This document shows, one piece after another, positions 1-15,048 of a stretch of DNA of 64,000 nucleotides. The translations under genes and the position numbers were made by a program. Source of the stretch: Octopus vulgaris (taxonomy: Eukaryota); contig OX597832.1 of assembly GCA_951406725.2 (NCBI GenBank), positions 46,004,001 to 46,068,000 of the forward strand, given 5' to 3'. The notes under the pieces are model-generated. The model did no database searches. It saw only the letters and a program-made list of their open reading frames with translations, and was not told the DNA's origin. The stretch's first letter is position 1. Each line of letters begins with the position of its first letter.

Positions 1-306
1 CGTAAGAGAAAAAATCCGTAAATTCTTCCTCTTTGAAAATATTCATTTATATTATATTGAGGGTACTACTATTCGTAGATACCAACACGCTAGTATATAT
101 ATATATGTATATATATATATGTATATATGTATATATATATATATATATATATGTGTATATATAAACCATATATATGGTTTTTCGATTATCAGCGCGCCAA
201 AAGTGGAGGCATTTGAAATACATCTGAACGTAATAGGTTGTACTTTTTGCATGCGGGACTCCGGTACCGTTTTTCATCTAGTACAGCATATTATGCTCAT
301 AACAAA

Positions 307-368
307 CTACGCTGACGAAGCTACAGATATCCTTGTGATATTAATAGCTGAAACTGTACAGTACGTAG
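307..368 (+). ncRNA. Type I hammerhead ribozyme (canonical core)
   Basis: Stem I CTACG(307-311)/CGTAG(364-368); core CTGACGA(312-318); stem II AGCTA..TAGCT(319-349); GAAA(350-353); palindromic stem III ACTGTACAGT; predicted GUA cleavage after 363. Confidence 0.9.
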
Positions 369-818
369 GTGATTATTCCATTTAGTATATTTCTTTTGTC
401 TCATCCATTGCTTTAGGTCGTGCTGAATTTTATTTTTATTTTTATTTGAGAACAAAATCTTTGTGGAGAATGGCGATTTGACGTCTATATCTAGCATGTT
501 GACTGTCCACCTTTTCGTGTTCAGTCCTTAATTGGTATATATAAATATTTTAATCTTCGGATTCTTTTTAATGTGCTAGACCACTGGTTTTAATTGACTA
601 ATATCAATTTCTACCCTTAATTTTTAAATATGAAATATATGTTCTCAAACCGATAAATTGACTGCTGCTAATTATTAGCTGCAGGCTGGTTTTTCGATTA
701 TCAGCGCGCCAAAAGTGGAGGCATTTGAAATACATCTGAACGTAATAGGTTGTACTTTTTGCATGCGGGACTCCGGTACCGTTTTTCATCTAGTACAGCA
801 TATTATGCTCATAACAAA

Positions 819-880
819 CTACGCTGACGAAGCTACAGATATCCTTGTGATATTAATAGCTGAAACTGTACAGTACGTAG
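819..880 (+). ncRNA. Type I hammerhead ribozyme (second identical copy)
   Basis: Same sequence as 307-368 at +512; predicted cleavage after 875. Confidence 0.9.
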
Positions 881-1044
881 GTGATTATTCCATTTAGTAT
901 ATTTCTTTTGTCTCATCCATTGCTTTAGGTCGTGCTGAATTTTATTTTATTTTTATTTGAGAACAAAATCTTTGTGGAGAATGGCGATTTGACGTCTATA
1001 TCTAGCATGTTGACTGTCCACCTTTTCGTGTTCAGTCCTTAATT

Positions 1045-1123
<79 letters not shown>

Positions 1124-1743
1124 GTATGTATACAGGTGAAATAAATAAATATAAATACGTTAATCGGTCTAGAACCTTCTTGTCCTAATATGTTCTACTA
1201 AAGTCCCATACTTCTAAAATACTAAAATACAAATATCAAATACAAAAAAAAAAATAGAAAAGAATATGCATTTCAATTAATATTATTTCTTAAACATTAC
1301 AATGTGTCGTTCCTCCACCAGACATTGTGCAATTTCAGCAAAATATACAATAGCTTATCTAACAGTTATTCTATTTTTGATGTTGTAGCAATATTGTTAG
1401 ACACAAACTGCGTTTCACTTATAGCCTTATTGCATTCGACAAGCAGTTAGCAGGAAAAAAAAACACAAACCAAAACATGTTATTACATGCAATATTTACA
1501 TGCAATGACATCAAATTATCCCTCAGCACGCATGTATTAACAAGATTAGGTACACTATAATGCGATTTAATAATATCCGCGTTTCACTTTTGTATGTACG
1601 TCTGTGCGTGTATACAAACATGTATTTGTACGTGTAAATATAAGCATATATACACATGTGTATATGAACTTGTTTATAAGTATACATCTGTACTCACTAC
1701 CTCAGCGACACAGACACACACATACATATGTTTATTAAACCGT

Positions 1744-1748
1744 ATATA

Positions 1749-1807
<59 letters not shown>

Positions 1808-2007
1808 GTAGATATATATATATATATGTATATATATGTGTATATATATATATATATGTATACATATGTATATAAAAATATATACATATATGAAAATATA
1901 CATGCATATGTATATATATATTGTATATTATTGTATATATATATATATATATATCAAACGTTGCATTCATATATGAAAATATACATACATATGTATATAT
2001 ATTGTGT

Positions 2008-2053
<46 letters not shown>

Positions 2054-2133
2054 TGCATATATATAGTATATTATTGTATATATATATATATATTCATTAT
2101 TAGATAGATATAAATATATATATATACATACAA

Positions 2134-2164
<31 letters not shown>

Positions 2165-2200
2165 CATATATATATATATAAACATATACACATATATGTG
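1744..2200. repeat. Degenerate (TA)n/(CA)n microsatellite field
   Basis: Directly visible dinucleotide runs. Confidence 0.95.
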
Positions 2201-2435
2201 TGCGTGTGTGTTGTGGGTGCATGTCCGCGAGTACTTTCGTGTGTGTGTGAGTGTTAACGTATAGAGGTAAATTATGCAATATTTCGTTGCTCGGAATCAC
2301 TTTCATATCCGATCTATTCACAAAAGATTACATGATGTTCGTGCGTATATACACAGATTCATGCAATATATTATAAACAAACGAACGTAATCGATACAGA
2401 TGTTTCTAAAATTATAGTAGCAGCAGTGGTATTAG

Positions 2436-2528
<93 letters not shown>

Positions 2529-2673
2529 ATGTATATATAATCAAATGAACAATAATTATATAATTATATATATATATATATATATATACAAGTTATGTAT
2601 ATACACAAACCCATATCAATGATTACATGCGCATATACAGACATACACGTGTATATATTTGTATATATATGAA

Positions 2674-2705
<32 letters not shown>

Positions 2706-3284
2706 CATATTTACACACTCATATATATTTTCACAGTCATATGTGTATGTATGTGTGTGTGTGTATTTTTCTGTCTCTGTTTGTCCGTCCAAGGTCTTGG
2801 CAAAAATCGTTGCTTTTTTAATATTCTTATGACGTAGCGGTTCAGCAACGTAACCGATAGATTATGTAAACAGTCTTTTAAACTCACGAAAGTACGAATA
2901 TGTTCTTTTTAGCTCTTCTCCCTCTAGAGTGCGCTGCCTTGCATGTTCCCACCACTGCAATGAGTGAATTTGCAAAGCAATATAAATTTTCCCACGCCCG
3001 TAACAACTGTTTACATCGCAAATAGCAAACGATCTTTTATAAACGAGGTTTTTTTTGTAAGGTTTGTGTCTTTAAGGGTATCACGAAAGACCTGACTGGA
3101 GCACCAACCTCCGTGTACTTTACAAAGGCTTAGAAAAACTGAAGGACCGCTGCAATAAATGCGTGAATCTGAGGGGAGAATATGTTGAATAAAATCATAA
3201 TTAGCAGATTTTCTCTATTTTGTTTTACCCAAAGCCAGGACCTGTTCAGCACCACCTTGTATGCTCTTGTCCACTGCTTGTCCT

Positions 3285-3475
<191 letters not shown>

Positions 3476-6400
3476 TAACCGCCACGGTTCTCGTAGTTGT
3501 AGTTATGGTCGCCGTGGTGGTCTTATGTTTAGGATTTCAAATTACAAAGTTGTGAAAACAGTAAGAAACCAATAGTTAGGAAGTGTAACAGACAAGAATG
3601 AATTTAATGTTCTCATTTAATTAGTTTCTCTATAGTTATTTTAAATTACGATCCACCACCACCGTTGCCAACACCTCAAGCACCACTAGCTGCTTCCCTT
3701 ATTATCCATAATTTCATGCACCTATATTGCATTCCTCACCACCCGGATACCTCTCGTCGGTTGCGTGATTTAGTTTCCATCGTTAAAACTTTAACACAAA
3801 TACAATCAAAGACATGTATACAAGCACACACAAATACATACGCAGCGAACACAAATGAATACAGTTAAACACACACATATATATATAGTCGCTCTTATAC
3901 AAAGACGTATTCATATACACCATGGAACTGCTTATTTTGATACACACTATCAGGCTTTGCAGCTACTCTTACAATCAATATCAATGATATTTCAACACAC
4001 ATCGTGTGTGAAGATCTCGGCAGATCAACAGTTTCATTCGATAAGTGAAACTACCAAACAAAACCACAAGAAAGAAAAAAACAGAAACGGTATTATATGA
4101 ACATACAAACAAATGCAAGATAAAAGACAGCAACAATATTTCGAACAATCGCAAAAATATGAAGATAATGAAAACCAATTTCCTCGTTGATTTTCCTTCA
4201 TTTTCTTTCAGTAACAACAACAACAACAACAACATTAACGAACCTACACAACGACATCCTGTTTAGCTTGAAATTAAACCGAAAACAATCTTGCTGGGAA
4301 TTAATTCACTGAAGAGTTTTTATTTTATTCTTTTAATGTAATTATTAAAACAAAGACTATTGCGAATAAATGAAACCAGAATACAAACAAAAGATAAGAC
4401 CAACAATAAGAACAGTAATACCTTCATTATTTCTACTACCCGTTCCTCACTTCTATCCACAGCAACAACAACGATTACAACAACGGCTAATACTTAAAGC
4501 GAAAACTAGAATCATTCTTCGACCAAAGTGATTAATTTATTAATAATTACCATTGTGTGTACGTTGTCGCAGGTGTGGGCTAATGATAAGCTCTTAATGA
4601 ATTGATTCAGCGTCACGGTTACGATTTCCCGTTGGCGTAGTAATTCCTTTAAATTTAAATTTCTAAGTCGTTTGATAAAAAAAAAAAAAAAAAAAAAGCA
4701 TAGAAAAAGCAAACATGAAACACGAAGGTTTATGAACTGATTTTCTTTAAATTTCTAACCTTCTGCTTTTTCAGAAACCAAACACTGCTGCTCTTGTGTT
4801 CTTTCTGTTTTTTTTATTTTCATATTTTAGCCCAATCCTGAGATCAAATGCCGTCTAGCTGAGAGTATTCGGTTTTAATTTTTCAGCCAACTGTTTATTT
4901 ATTGCAGTAGTACTTGGCTTGCAAGCGATTTAATTTCGGTCTGTGTGTTGAAATTAACGTAATTAAAGCGTGGAGCAGTCATTTTAGCGAAAACTGTTAC
5001 ATACACATATTTAGTATGTGTCCGTGTATTTTTGAATGGCTAAATCAATTTTTCCTCGCGGCATTTGCTGCTAATTTTGTGTGGCAGTTGTTTTACAGCA
5101 AGATCAAATACATTCCTACCGATGCCATCCCATTCACTTCATATAGAATTATATTTTCTTAGAGTGCTTGTGTTTTCTAAGATAGTATGATGCAATTTGA
5201 CGGAGGTCTGCTTGCCACTTCCCGCAGGTAGAGCAACTATTTAGGGGTCCTCTGGTGATTAACTTCTAGTGTCTCATTATCTAAATGTAAGATTCCTTAG
5301 AATCACCTGGCTCTTTCTGACTGACCGTTATAGAAATTTGGCAACATTTTCGACACTGATGTTTGTATAAATTGCTATAGCAGCAATCCTCGCCTTCACT
5401 GAAATATTAACCGCAAGGAAAAGAATACTGTGTCAATACGTATGAGCTAGGAGTATATGTAATGCTGTGGGAGGCAAATTCCAAACTCTGCAAAAATCTG
5501 GTACTAATTCTTCATAGTTAAAAACGTTGCTTATTTTTTACTCAACCTGGTACTTTCTATAAAGACATATCGGCGTTTTTTTTTACATATAAATCATTTT
5601 ATTTTTTACTAATAATTAAGAATATTTGCTTTTCAGTTTATTTCAATGGAGGATGAACTATATAAATATAATTACAATACAATTAGTGACTGACACAGCG
5701 TTAGTAGGATTAATTATTTCAGTTCAGGTCTCAAAATACCCTATAAATTCAGAAAGCGACTTTTCCATATTATGATTTAACATCGTATAGATTTTGAGAA
5801 GCAAGTTCGATAGGTTTATAACTGCATCAGTAGCATTGATATATTGTGTGTATATGTTTAAATGATCATGCATGTATATGTGTAATCATGTACTTATATA
5901 TGCATAAGTGTACACATGTACGAAAATACACAGCCGAACACAAACACATGCATTTGAGTGTGCATGGCATATTTGATTTTCCTACTGGTAAAAAGGAATC
6001 CGGTGCAACCACTTGCGTGATTGCGTGTTCCATGAGTAACCTGTCTTCCTTGCAATAGCTGCCGGTTGAAGAAATTTGCATGACATTCAGCGTGTCAAAA
6101 ACAAATCGTAATAAGGGCGGAAGAATCCATCTGATGATACACGACCAGCTCACAACTGTGCGGAATCATATACATACGCATTATTATTAACGAATGTGGT
6201 ACAAGGACACCTGAGATATGTAGATTATTATCATGTTTAGAGTTATCGCAGTAGGAAAAGAATAGTATGGATATCTTTTAAGTTTGCTGTTATAGAGAGA
6301 ACCCGTCTCTCTGAAAATAGTTGCAGTTCTGTATATATAACCAATATGATAATTAAATAACGCACACACACTCGCTACGATGTGCAAACGCACACCTTCA

Positions 6401-6971
6401 AAAGCACCGAAGTGTTTGTGTATATATGTAGTTATATATTCCAAACACACAAACATTGAAAAATATGTTTCCATATATGTATGTAAGGACATCTCTTGGG
6501 TTCTGCTTGTGTGTGTCTATTGTACGGTCTCACAGTCAGTATAGGCTATGATCTAATTGAGGTAAGTGTTCTGAAATAATAGTATCATTTGGTTTTTCAC
6601 ATGCCAATTAAAGCCACTCCTGATTAGTCTATAAATACGAATGTTATTTTTGAAAATGCTACTTACCAGACGATGTTGGTTGGATTCGTCATCTCACTGC
6701 TTTGATACCTGTTTAAAATTTTGCCTGAAGATTGTGGATTATTAGCTATGATACAATCTACGAATACATCGATAAAATACTACCGAAACAGCTGTCGCAT
6801 GATTTACAACCCTTGTGTGTACTTTCTATGTAAATATCGGCTTACGAAATCTTATGGACAGAATAAAGTTGAAGCTGCCCGATATCTACCATTTCAAAAC
6901 AAGAATTATTTCACGTATTCACGTATTTTCCTGGTTTATAAAATATTTCATGATGTGAACATTATATACAT

Positions 6972-7194
6972 GGCGAGCTGGCAGAATCGTTAGCGCGCCA
7001 GGCGAAATGTGTAGCCGTATTTCGTCTGCCGTTACGTTCTGAGTACAAATTCCGCCGAGGTCGACTTTGCCTTTCATCCTTTCGGGGTCGATAAATAAAG
7101 TACCAGTTACGCACTGGGGGCGATGCAATCGTCTTAATCCCTTTGTCTGTCTTTGTTTGTCCTCTCTATGTTTAGCCCCTTGTGGGCAATAAAG

Positions 7195-7198
<4 letters not shown>
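6972..7198 (+). mobile_element. tRNA-derived SINE, family A
   Basis: 'ggcgagctggcagaatcgttagc...gaggtcgactttgcctttcatcctttcggggtcgataaa...gccccttgtgggcaataaagaaata'; homologous copies at 32577, 36025, 38960, 40676 and 41330; A-box and B-box-like (gttcaaattcc) motifs are seen in the family. Confidence 0.85.
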
Positions 7199-7271
<73 letters not shown>

Positions 7272-8057
7272 TGTATGTATGTATGTATGTATGTATGTAT
7301 GTATGTGTGTGTGTATGTATGTATGTATGTATGTGTGTGAGAATGTGTGTATATGTATATGTTTGTATATATACATATTTATATACATATTCTTTACACA
7401 CTTATGCGCATGCATATTTCCATATAAGTACACACAGACACACACACGCTCGCACTTAGAAATCCAAATCGCTTCTACGTGTATATTTTACCGGAAGCAA
7501 AAATACAAAAAAGCAAAAAAGCAAAAAAAGCAAAATATTTATCAATAGCGAATAAATCAAGACTTCGTGAATAGATTAAGCATAGGTTAAAATAGTCAGG
7601 ATTACCTGTACGAATATTGTCCACGTTTTGCTATAAATATTCTCATTAATTATTCCTTCTGTTCTTTATATATTTTATGTATTTGTATCACAGTATTATA
7701 TTATATACTATAACTTCATTTGGTCACATATTATTTTTTCTTATACTAAACTGAAGCAATGAAGCTTAGGTATACAAACGTACCATCAATATATTCAGAG
7801 ACAAACATTTAGTCGTTTCATTTATAGCTTTTCTAGTAGTTAAGTGGAATGCGTTGAACAATATAACCTATTTTTATTTTTACAATTGCATACTAACTAT
7901 CATTTTGGCTCCGATGCATCGAACAAAGTGCGTTTGATGTAGATTATGGTCACGATTAATCGCTGTTTACTACCGAATGACAAAAGGTAACAGCAACAAT
8001 ATATGTTGAGTATTCGTTTTGCTTTAAACATAATGTCACTGTAACAGTAAATAATGG

Positions 8058-8116
<59 letters not shown>

Positions 8117-8483
8117 TTGTACGTATGTATGTTTGTTTAGATATGTGGCAAGACATACAAATATACACGTACCCATATATGAGTGTATGTACACACACAC
8201 ATATATATGTATATATATATTATTTATAAATATATATTTATATATATATTATATATACATACCTTTATATAATATATATATAAATATATATATATAACGG
8301 TATATTATATATATTTATATATAAGTATATACATATACATGTTCAATATATGTACATATATATGTTCATATATATATATACATGTATATATAAATATATA
8401 TAAATATAAAAGTATACATACAAACATACATACACACAAACACACATACACGCACACAGACACACACTCACATTCATAAATAC

Positions 8484-8515
<32 letters not shown>

Positions 8516-8770
8516 TCATACACATATGTTCCTACATCGGTACAGAGAGATTCTAACGGACGTATGTATAGCGATTTATGTGTAATCATGACTTCAGACA
8601 TACAACATACAAACATATAACCAATATGATAATTAACTAACTCACACTCACTCGCCATGATGTGCAAACGAACACTCTCAAAGATACCGAATTGTTTATG
8701 TATAGAACTAGTTTTATTCAGCAACACTGCAGGGAACACATACCTACATATATAAATATGTGTGTATCTG

Positions 8771-8815
<45 letters not shown>

Positions 8816-8818
8816 ATA

Positions 8819-8874
<56 letters not shown>

Positions 8875-9597
8875 TATATATATACATACATATATATACA
8901 CACAGACACAAACAAACACACATATATATTGCATAATATGGTCCACTCATGAATTATTCCCTTTGATGTTGGGTTCGTAAATATATTGTTATTTCTCTTA
9001 AAGCAATGACTTTGAAGCCTTCTTGTGTCACGTCCTGATAATGAGATTATGGGTCGTGTGCATCTTTAATGACTCAGTAAATAAAAACAACAACACCAGC
9101 AAATATATTTGCAAAATCTTCAACGAGAGAAGTGAATCCTCAAAGAGGAACAATGATCATAACGTGACTAATTTAATTACAAATACGAACCTGCGGCCAA
9201 CATTGCATTAAAATGATAAAATAATGAAAATATGGTCTCTAGAGCTGGAACGTTGACCTAGTTGTTATGTCGTTTTTATATCCTCCATGTTCTCTCTATG
9301 GGAAAATATCAGCGATATTCATACACACAAATACGCACTTATTTCTTTCCGTCTTCTCCACTTGTCTCCCAGTCTCTTTCTCCCCGTCTCCTCCTCTTCT
9401 TTGTCTGTCTGTGTGCCTGTCTATCTGTCTGTCTGTGTACTTGTCTGTCTGCCTGTGTGTCTCTGTCTATCTGTCTGTCTGTCTGTCTCTGTCTATCTCT
9501 CTGTCTCTCGTTCTCTCTACCCACACTCTTATTTCACCGGTGTTGTAGTGCATGGATCCTATTAGTGAAGAAGCTTTCAACGTGTTCATCAAATACA

Positions 9598-9732
9598 GCG
9601 GTTCGGCAAAAGAGACCGATAGAATAAGTACTGGGCTTACAAAAGAATAAGTCCCGGGGTCGAGTTGCTCGACTAAAGGTGGTGCTCCAGCATGGCCGCA
9701 GTCAAATGACTGAAACAAGTAAAAAAGAGTAA
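9598..9732 (+). mobile_element. SINE family B, 3' portion
   Basis: 'gcggttcggcaaaagagaccgatagaataagtact...ccagcatggccgcagtcaaatgactgaaacaagtaaaa' matches the 3' end of full copies at 43507 and 56465. Confidence 0.85.
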
Positions 9733-9734
9733 AT

Positions 9735-9890
9735 ATGATGTCTTAATCCCTTCGATACCGGTTCCCAGCCAAGTACTTTCTTCATGTTGCGAGAACAGAC
9801 GATAGTCAGATGAGGTCAAATCAGGAGAATAGAGAGGGTGATCAACCAGTTCAAAGCCACAGTCACACACAGCAGCCATGGAAACTTGAT
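9735..9890 (-). pseudogene. Mariner-family transposase fragment
   Basis: Minus-strand translation CGFELVDHPLYSPDLTSSDYRLF matches the mariner HPPYSPDLAPSDY/F-LF motif around the third catalytic Asp; no full ORF. Confidence 0.85.
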
Positions 9891-10234
9891 GAAACCATTT
9901 TTGCTGAATTTTTGTTTGTTTATAGACTTTCGTAAGTTCTACAGAAAGTTCCACACTGATAGTGTTACTCTTTTGAAGATTATAGCATTGGCTTTTTGAT
10001 TTATAGTCAATAGCCTGTTATCCAGCACTAATGTGAACGTACCTACATCGGTTGTCAAGCGAGGAGGGACAAACGCAGACTCACAAACATATACACTACC
10101 GTCACAAACATATAGCACATACATATACATAGAGATACATATACATACAAGGTGCCATGAAAGTAACTTAACATACCACCACTCCTGCGCCCATGCTTAT
10201 CCTATATATATATACATAAACGATAAACGTCACC

Positions 10235-10485
10235 CATTTCAAGCCTAGCCAGGCTCCCGGTTTCTGTTCCTCCCGGCTGGACGGGGCGCCAGTCCATTGC
10301 AGCGTTACTCAAGAAAGAGGAAGAGAGAGTGAGAGAAAGTTGTGGCGAAACACTATAACAGCCTTGGGGTGCTTTTAGGTGTTTTCGCTCAATAAACACA
10401 CAAAAACGCCCGGTCTGGGAATCGAAACTGTAGTCCCCCCACTGCGTGTCCGCTGTCCAAACCCCTGGGCCATTGCGCCCCCACC
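10235..10485 (-). mobile_element. tRNA-derived SINE, family C (diverged)
   Basis: Homologous to 13160-13465. Confidence 0.75.
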
Positions 10486-11169
10486 TACATATATATATAA
10501 CCGAATTGTTGCAACTGCATGTAACATGAGAGAGTCACGTTACATGAAGTTGCAACAATTCGGTTATGTATATCCTTTATAGATGTATATACTTGATAGA
10601 TATGCCTGCAGGTCTAACTATTCTTGAGGCAACATATGAAAACTACTACAATGCCAGTAAGCGCATTGTGTGAAACGGTGAATACTAGCATCCGATGATT
10701 CCGTTAGGACATTGATAGAGTGACATTTCACAGGTATACGTAATCATTATATCAGAGGTAGATAAAATAGCGTTTAAAAAGCACAGTATCCGTCTTCTAT
10801 TTAGTACTTTCTAAATTTTACGAGAATTTATTCAGTTTACCGTTCACCATTCAAACTTAATAAATGAATTATTAGTTAAGTATTGAGTCGATTGTCCTTT
10901 AACTATATCCCACTACTGTACTATCTGACTCACACATTCCTCATCTCCACATGGAATCTGAGTAAATAACTGTGACATAAAGAGCCCTTCTGCTTCGTTT
11001 ACGTTTGTATGCGCGGTCAATATACTTGATCTATTTGATATAAATAAAATGTCAAAAAGAGCAGAATTTAATATCTCATGCATTACTGTCCAATTTGCTC
11101 ACACGAGGCTCTGCATCATGTCAACCACTTTTCTATAGGGTAAACATTTGTTTTGCAATTTGATAAAAT

Positions 11170-11690
<521 letters not shown>

Positions 11691-12190
11691 CATACATTAT
11701 AGAAGTCTCTATCAAATATTATAGAATGATATGTCAGATCTCAAGAAAACGTGAAAACCTAATATTTTCACAAAAGAAATGTACGCCATCGCTCCTTCAT
11801 TACTTCATTAATTCTATCTATTGATCTAAAATATATTAATATCTGTGCATATTGTCAGATGAGAATCATAAAAGAAAAAGCTGAGCTTATGTATGAAACA
11901 CGACATTAATATCTGCAACAAAGACTTTGCTTTAATGGAATTTGAATACACGCACATACACACTCATATATATATATGAATATGTAAATTGCTCTAATCT
12001 ACCACGACGTTTGAACTTTCTGAACTTTTAAACTCCGTACGTTAATGACTTTGAAATTCTTTCTCCATGTTAATTATATTTTTTATCTTTTCTTCTTCTC
12101 TTTTTTTTTCTTTTTCCCAGCATGCCTAATTATAAGTCCTTCCTCCTACACCTTCACCACCGCCTGCAAAAACACATATATGCATAAGTA

Positions 12191-12238
<48 letters not shown>

Positions 12239-12473
12239 TATATGAATATATACATATTATATATATATAAATATAAATGAATTATCCTATGTTTATCGTC
12301 AGCATGGAAATTTCGTTTAACCGAAACCTGGGTAGCAAATTCACGTCAGAAACACGGTTGAAGCGACCTGTCCAAGGGTAGAAACTCCGGGTTCATGTGC
12401 AGAAATTTGCGTGTTGTATATGAATAAATGAAAGAATGGAGTCGAACAACTCGTTCGACTCCAGTCTTTCATT

Positions 12474-12554
<81 letters not shown>

Positions 12555-13159
12555 ATATATATATATATGAAACATAATTTTATAAATTTATAAATTGGAA
12601 TCGGTTTCCTTTATTCTCCTCTGTGAACTAGAACTCTATATTGCTGTAGAAACAGAGAGACATAACTCCTGCCGGGAAGTGTCTGCTTCTAAATACACAA
12701 ATTAGACTGAATTCAAAAAGAGGGAGTCCTGACTGGCGTACGTGACTTATTCCCTGGCACACCATAATATCTGATCGTCATTTATTTTGACTCATCCCAT
12801 CTGTCCGTTCAATAAATACATAAATGGCAAAGTCTATAAACTGTAAAAAAGTGATAAGTTTCTGATTATAATTGTCGTTGAAAATTATAAAATTCAAATT
12901 TGTTAAGCACTTGAGTAATACTCTTGGGATTTCGTTCTTGATCTCCTGAACCAGAGGTCTCCTATTTTCTATTCTTTCCTCCGACAATAAAACAGGAAAA
13001 TAATATTGTACTTTCAATTACATTTTGTTCCTCTTTTCTTTTGTGTGAATAAGTACTTTATGTTCGAAATATCAACTGTCATATTACGTAACCAACAGTC
13101 CTCTACGTTGAATATTTACTTTCATCTCGTTATGTTTATATCTTTTTTTAAATTTATAT

Positions 13160-13465
13160 ATGCGCGCTTTTCAAGCCTAACCAGGCTCATGGGCCCGGTT
13201 TCCCGGTTTCTGTGGCGTATGATTTCTCCCCAGATGGACGGGACGCCAGTCGATCGCAGCGTTACTCAAGAAACAGAAAGAAAGAGTGAGAGAAAGTTGG
13301 AGCGAAAGAGTACAACAGGGTTCGCTACCACCCCCTGCCGGAGCCTCGCGAAGCTTTAAGTGTTTTCGCTCAATAAACACACACAACGCCCGGTCTGGGG
13401 ATCGAAACCGCGATCCTCCGACCGCGAGTCCGCTGCCCTAACCACTGGGCCATTGCGCCTCCACC
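13160..13465 (-). mobile_element. tRNA-derived SINE, family C
   Basis: Reverse complement starts 'ggaggcgcaatggcccagtggttagggcagcggactcgcggtcggaggatcgcggtttcgatcccc' (A box, B box, tRNA-like head); related copies at 10235, 25605, 33998 and 41815. Confidence 0.85.
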
Positions 13466-14047
13466 ATGTTTATGTACTGTCTAACTAAAAATATATATAA
13501 CTAAATAATCTATAAGAAAATACAGGCAAAACAAGATCCACATACACAAACATACATACATGTATAGAAACACATTTCTTTTAAAATGGAAGATGGTCAT
13601 AGAATATTTTTATGAATTTGCAAGCTAAAACACAAATATATAATTAAAAAATATGTTTTAACTAATGACAGTGCCCCAGCATGGCCACAGCTCGTGAGCT
13701 GAAAGTAGATAAAATAAAATAAAATAAAAATAAATTTCCTTCCCTGCTGTTAAGTCACATGAAACAAAATGCAACGTAAGAGAATATCCGACCAATCAAA
13801 ATATTTCAAATTTTGTTAACTATCACCAGGCTTGCGCTCAAATCTGTACAGAAAGAAGATTGATACTGGATCCCGTAATCCCAAATGTAATACATATATC
13901 TATATACTTTCATTGATTAATTAAGTAATATGTAAACACAAACACACATGCATATATATATATACATATTTTAAAATATATATAAATACATGTATGTGTG
14001 TGTGAGTGTATGTATATATATATACATATACATACATATATATATAT

Positions 14048-14262
14048 TTTACTTGTTTCAATCATTTGACTGCAGCCACCTTTAATCGAGCAAATCGACC
14101 CTAGGACTTATTCTTTGTAAGCCTAGTACTTATTCTATCGGTCTCTTTTGCCGAACTGCTATGTTACGGGGACCTAAACACACCAGCATCGGTTGTCAAG
14201 TGATGTTGGGGTGGGGAGACAAATACCGACACACAAACACACATACATATATATATATACAT

Positions 14263-14305
<43 letters not shown>

Positions 14306-14410
14306 CACGACGGGCCTCTTTCGGTTTTCGTCTACCAAATCCACTCGCATGGCTTTGGTCGACCCGAGGATATATTATAAGACACTTACCCAAGTTGGCA
14401 AGAGGAATAT
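14048..14410 (-). mobile_element. SINE family B (5'-truncated) with internal microsatellite
   Basis: Homologous to 56465-56863. Confidence 0.8.
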
Positions 14411-14622
14411 GACGGACATACAAACGCGCGCTGCTGCAGAAGAGAAGTAACGTTTGGGGGTTAAGACCTTTATCAATAGAAAAGAAAATATATTCTACTA
14501 ATTTAGTTCACACGACCTACAGCTTTCTTTTACCAGTGTTTCCTTATATATACATATACATACATACATATATGGAAAAAGTCAAGATAGAAAATGCTAA
14601 AATAATTTTATAAAAAACATTT

Positions 14623-14658
14623 CAGTACTAGTTTCACTCAATGAGGCTCTTTCAACTG
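14623..14658 (-). ncRNA. Minimal hammerhead-like motif, U3-A8 variant
   Basis: Minus strand: CAG TTGAAAG AGCCTCATTGAGT GAAA CTAG TA CTG; stem I CAG/CTG, palindromic stem III ACTAGT, GUA site; position 9 is G and stem II is imperfect. Confidence 0.55.
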
Positions 14659-14800
14659 TAAGTATGGAAAACAATTAAATTTGGGAAAATTAAAAGAAAA
14701 GTTTTTTTTAAAGAATATTTGTATTCTTAGAATTAAAGGTATTTTCCTTGTTTCTACCTGTCTCCGTCTCTCTTGTTTACTCATGTGGGTTCGAGGTCGT

Positions 14801-14869
<69 letters not shown>

Positions 14870-15048
14870 CTGTACATGTGAGGGTGCATATGTATGTATG
14901 TGCATGTATATATATATATATATGGAATAATCAAATCGAATAGTCAAATCGAATTATCGAACATTACAAATAACAAAATAACAAGAGAATGTATACATGG
15001 AATGTATTAGTTTGCTACTCTGTAAAGATGGAGGAAAGAGAGGGTCTT

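Larger units (their letters stand above)
175..1055 (+). mobile_element. Tandem direct repeat with 512-bp period (175-543 repeated at 687-1055), each copy carrying a hammerhead ribozyme; PLE pseudo-LTR / retrozyme-like unit
   Basis: The block 'tggtttttcgattatcagcgcgcc...cagtccttaattggtatatata' occurs twice at offset 512 and looks identical by eye; (TA)n tracts flank both sides. Confidence 0.85.

Noticed and set aside
47-897. Duplicated short ORFs 47-277, 119-385, 604-789 and 715-897
   Set aside because: By-products of the 512-bp duplication; no recognisable domain, and they overlap the ribozyme cassette.
1594-2321. ORFs rich in YI/IY/HT/CV dipeptides (also at 7.1-7.5, 8.3-9.0, 11.1-11.7, 28.6-29.2, 53.5-54.1 and 61.5-63.0 kb)
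   Set aside because: Translations of (TA)n, (CA)n and (ATCT)n microsatellites, open in several frames on both strands.
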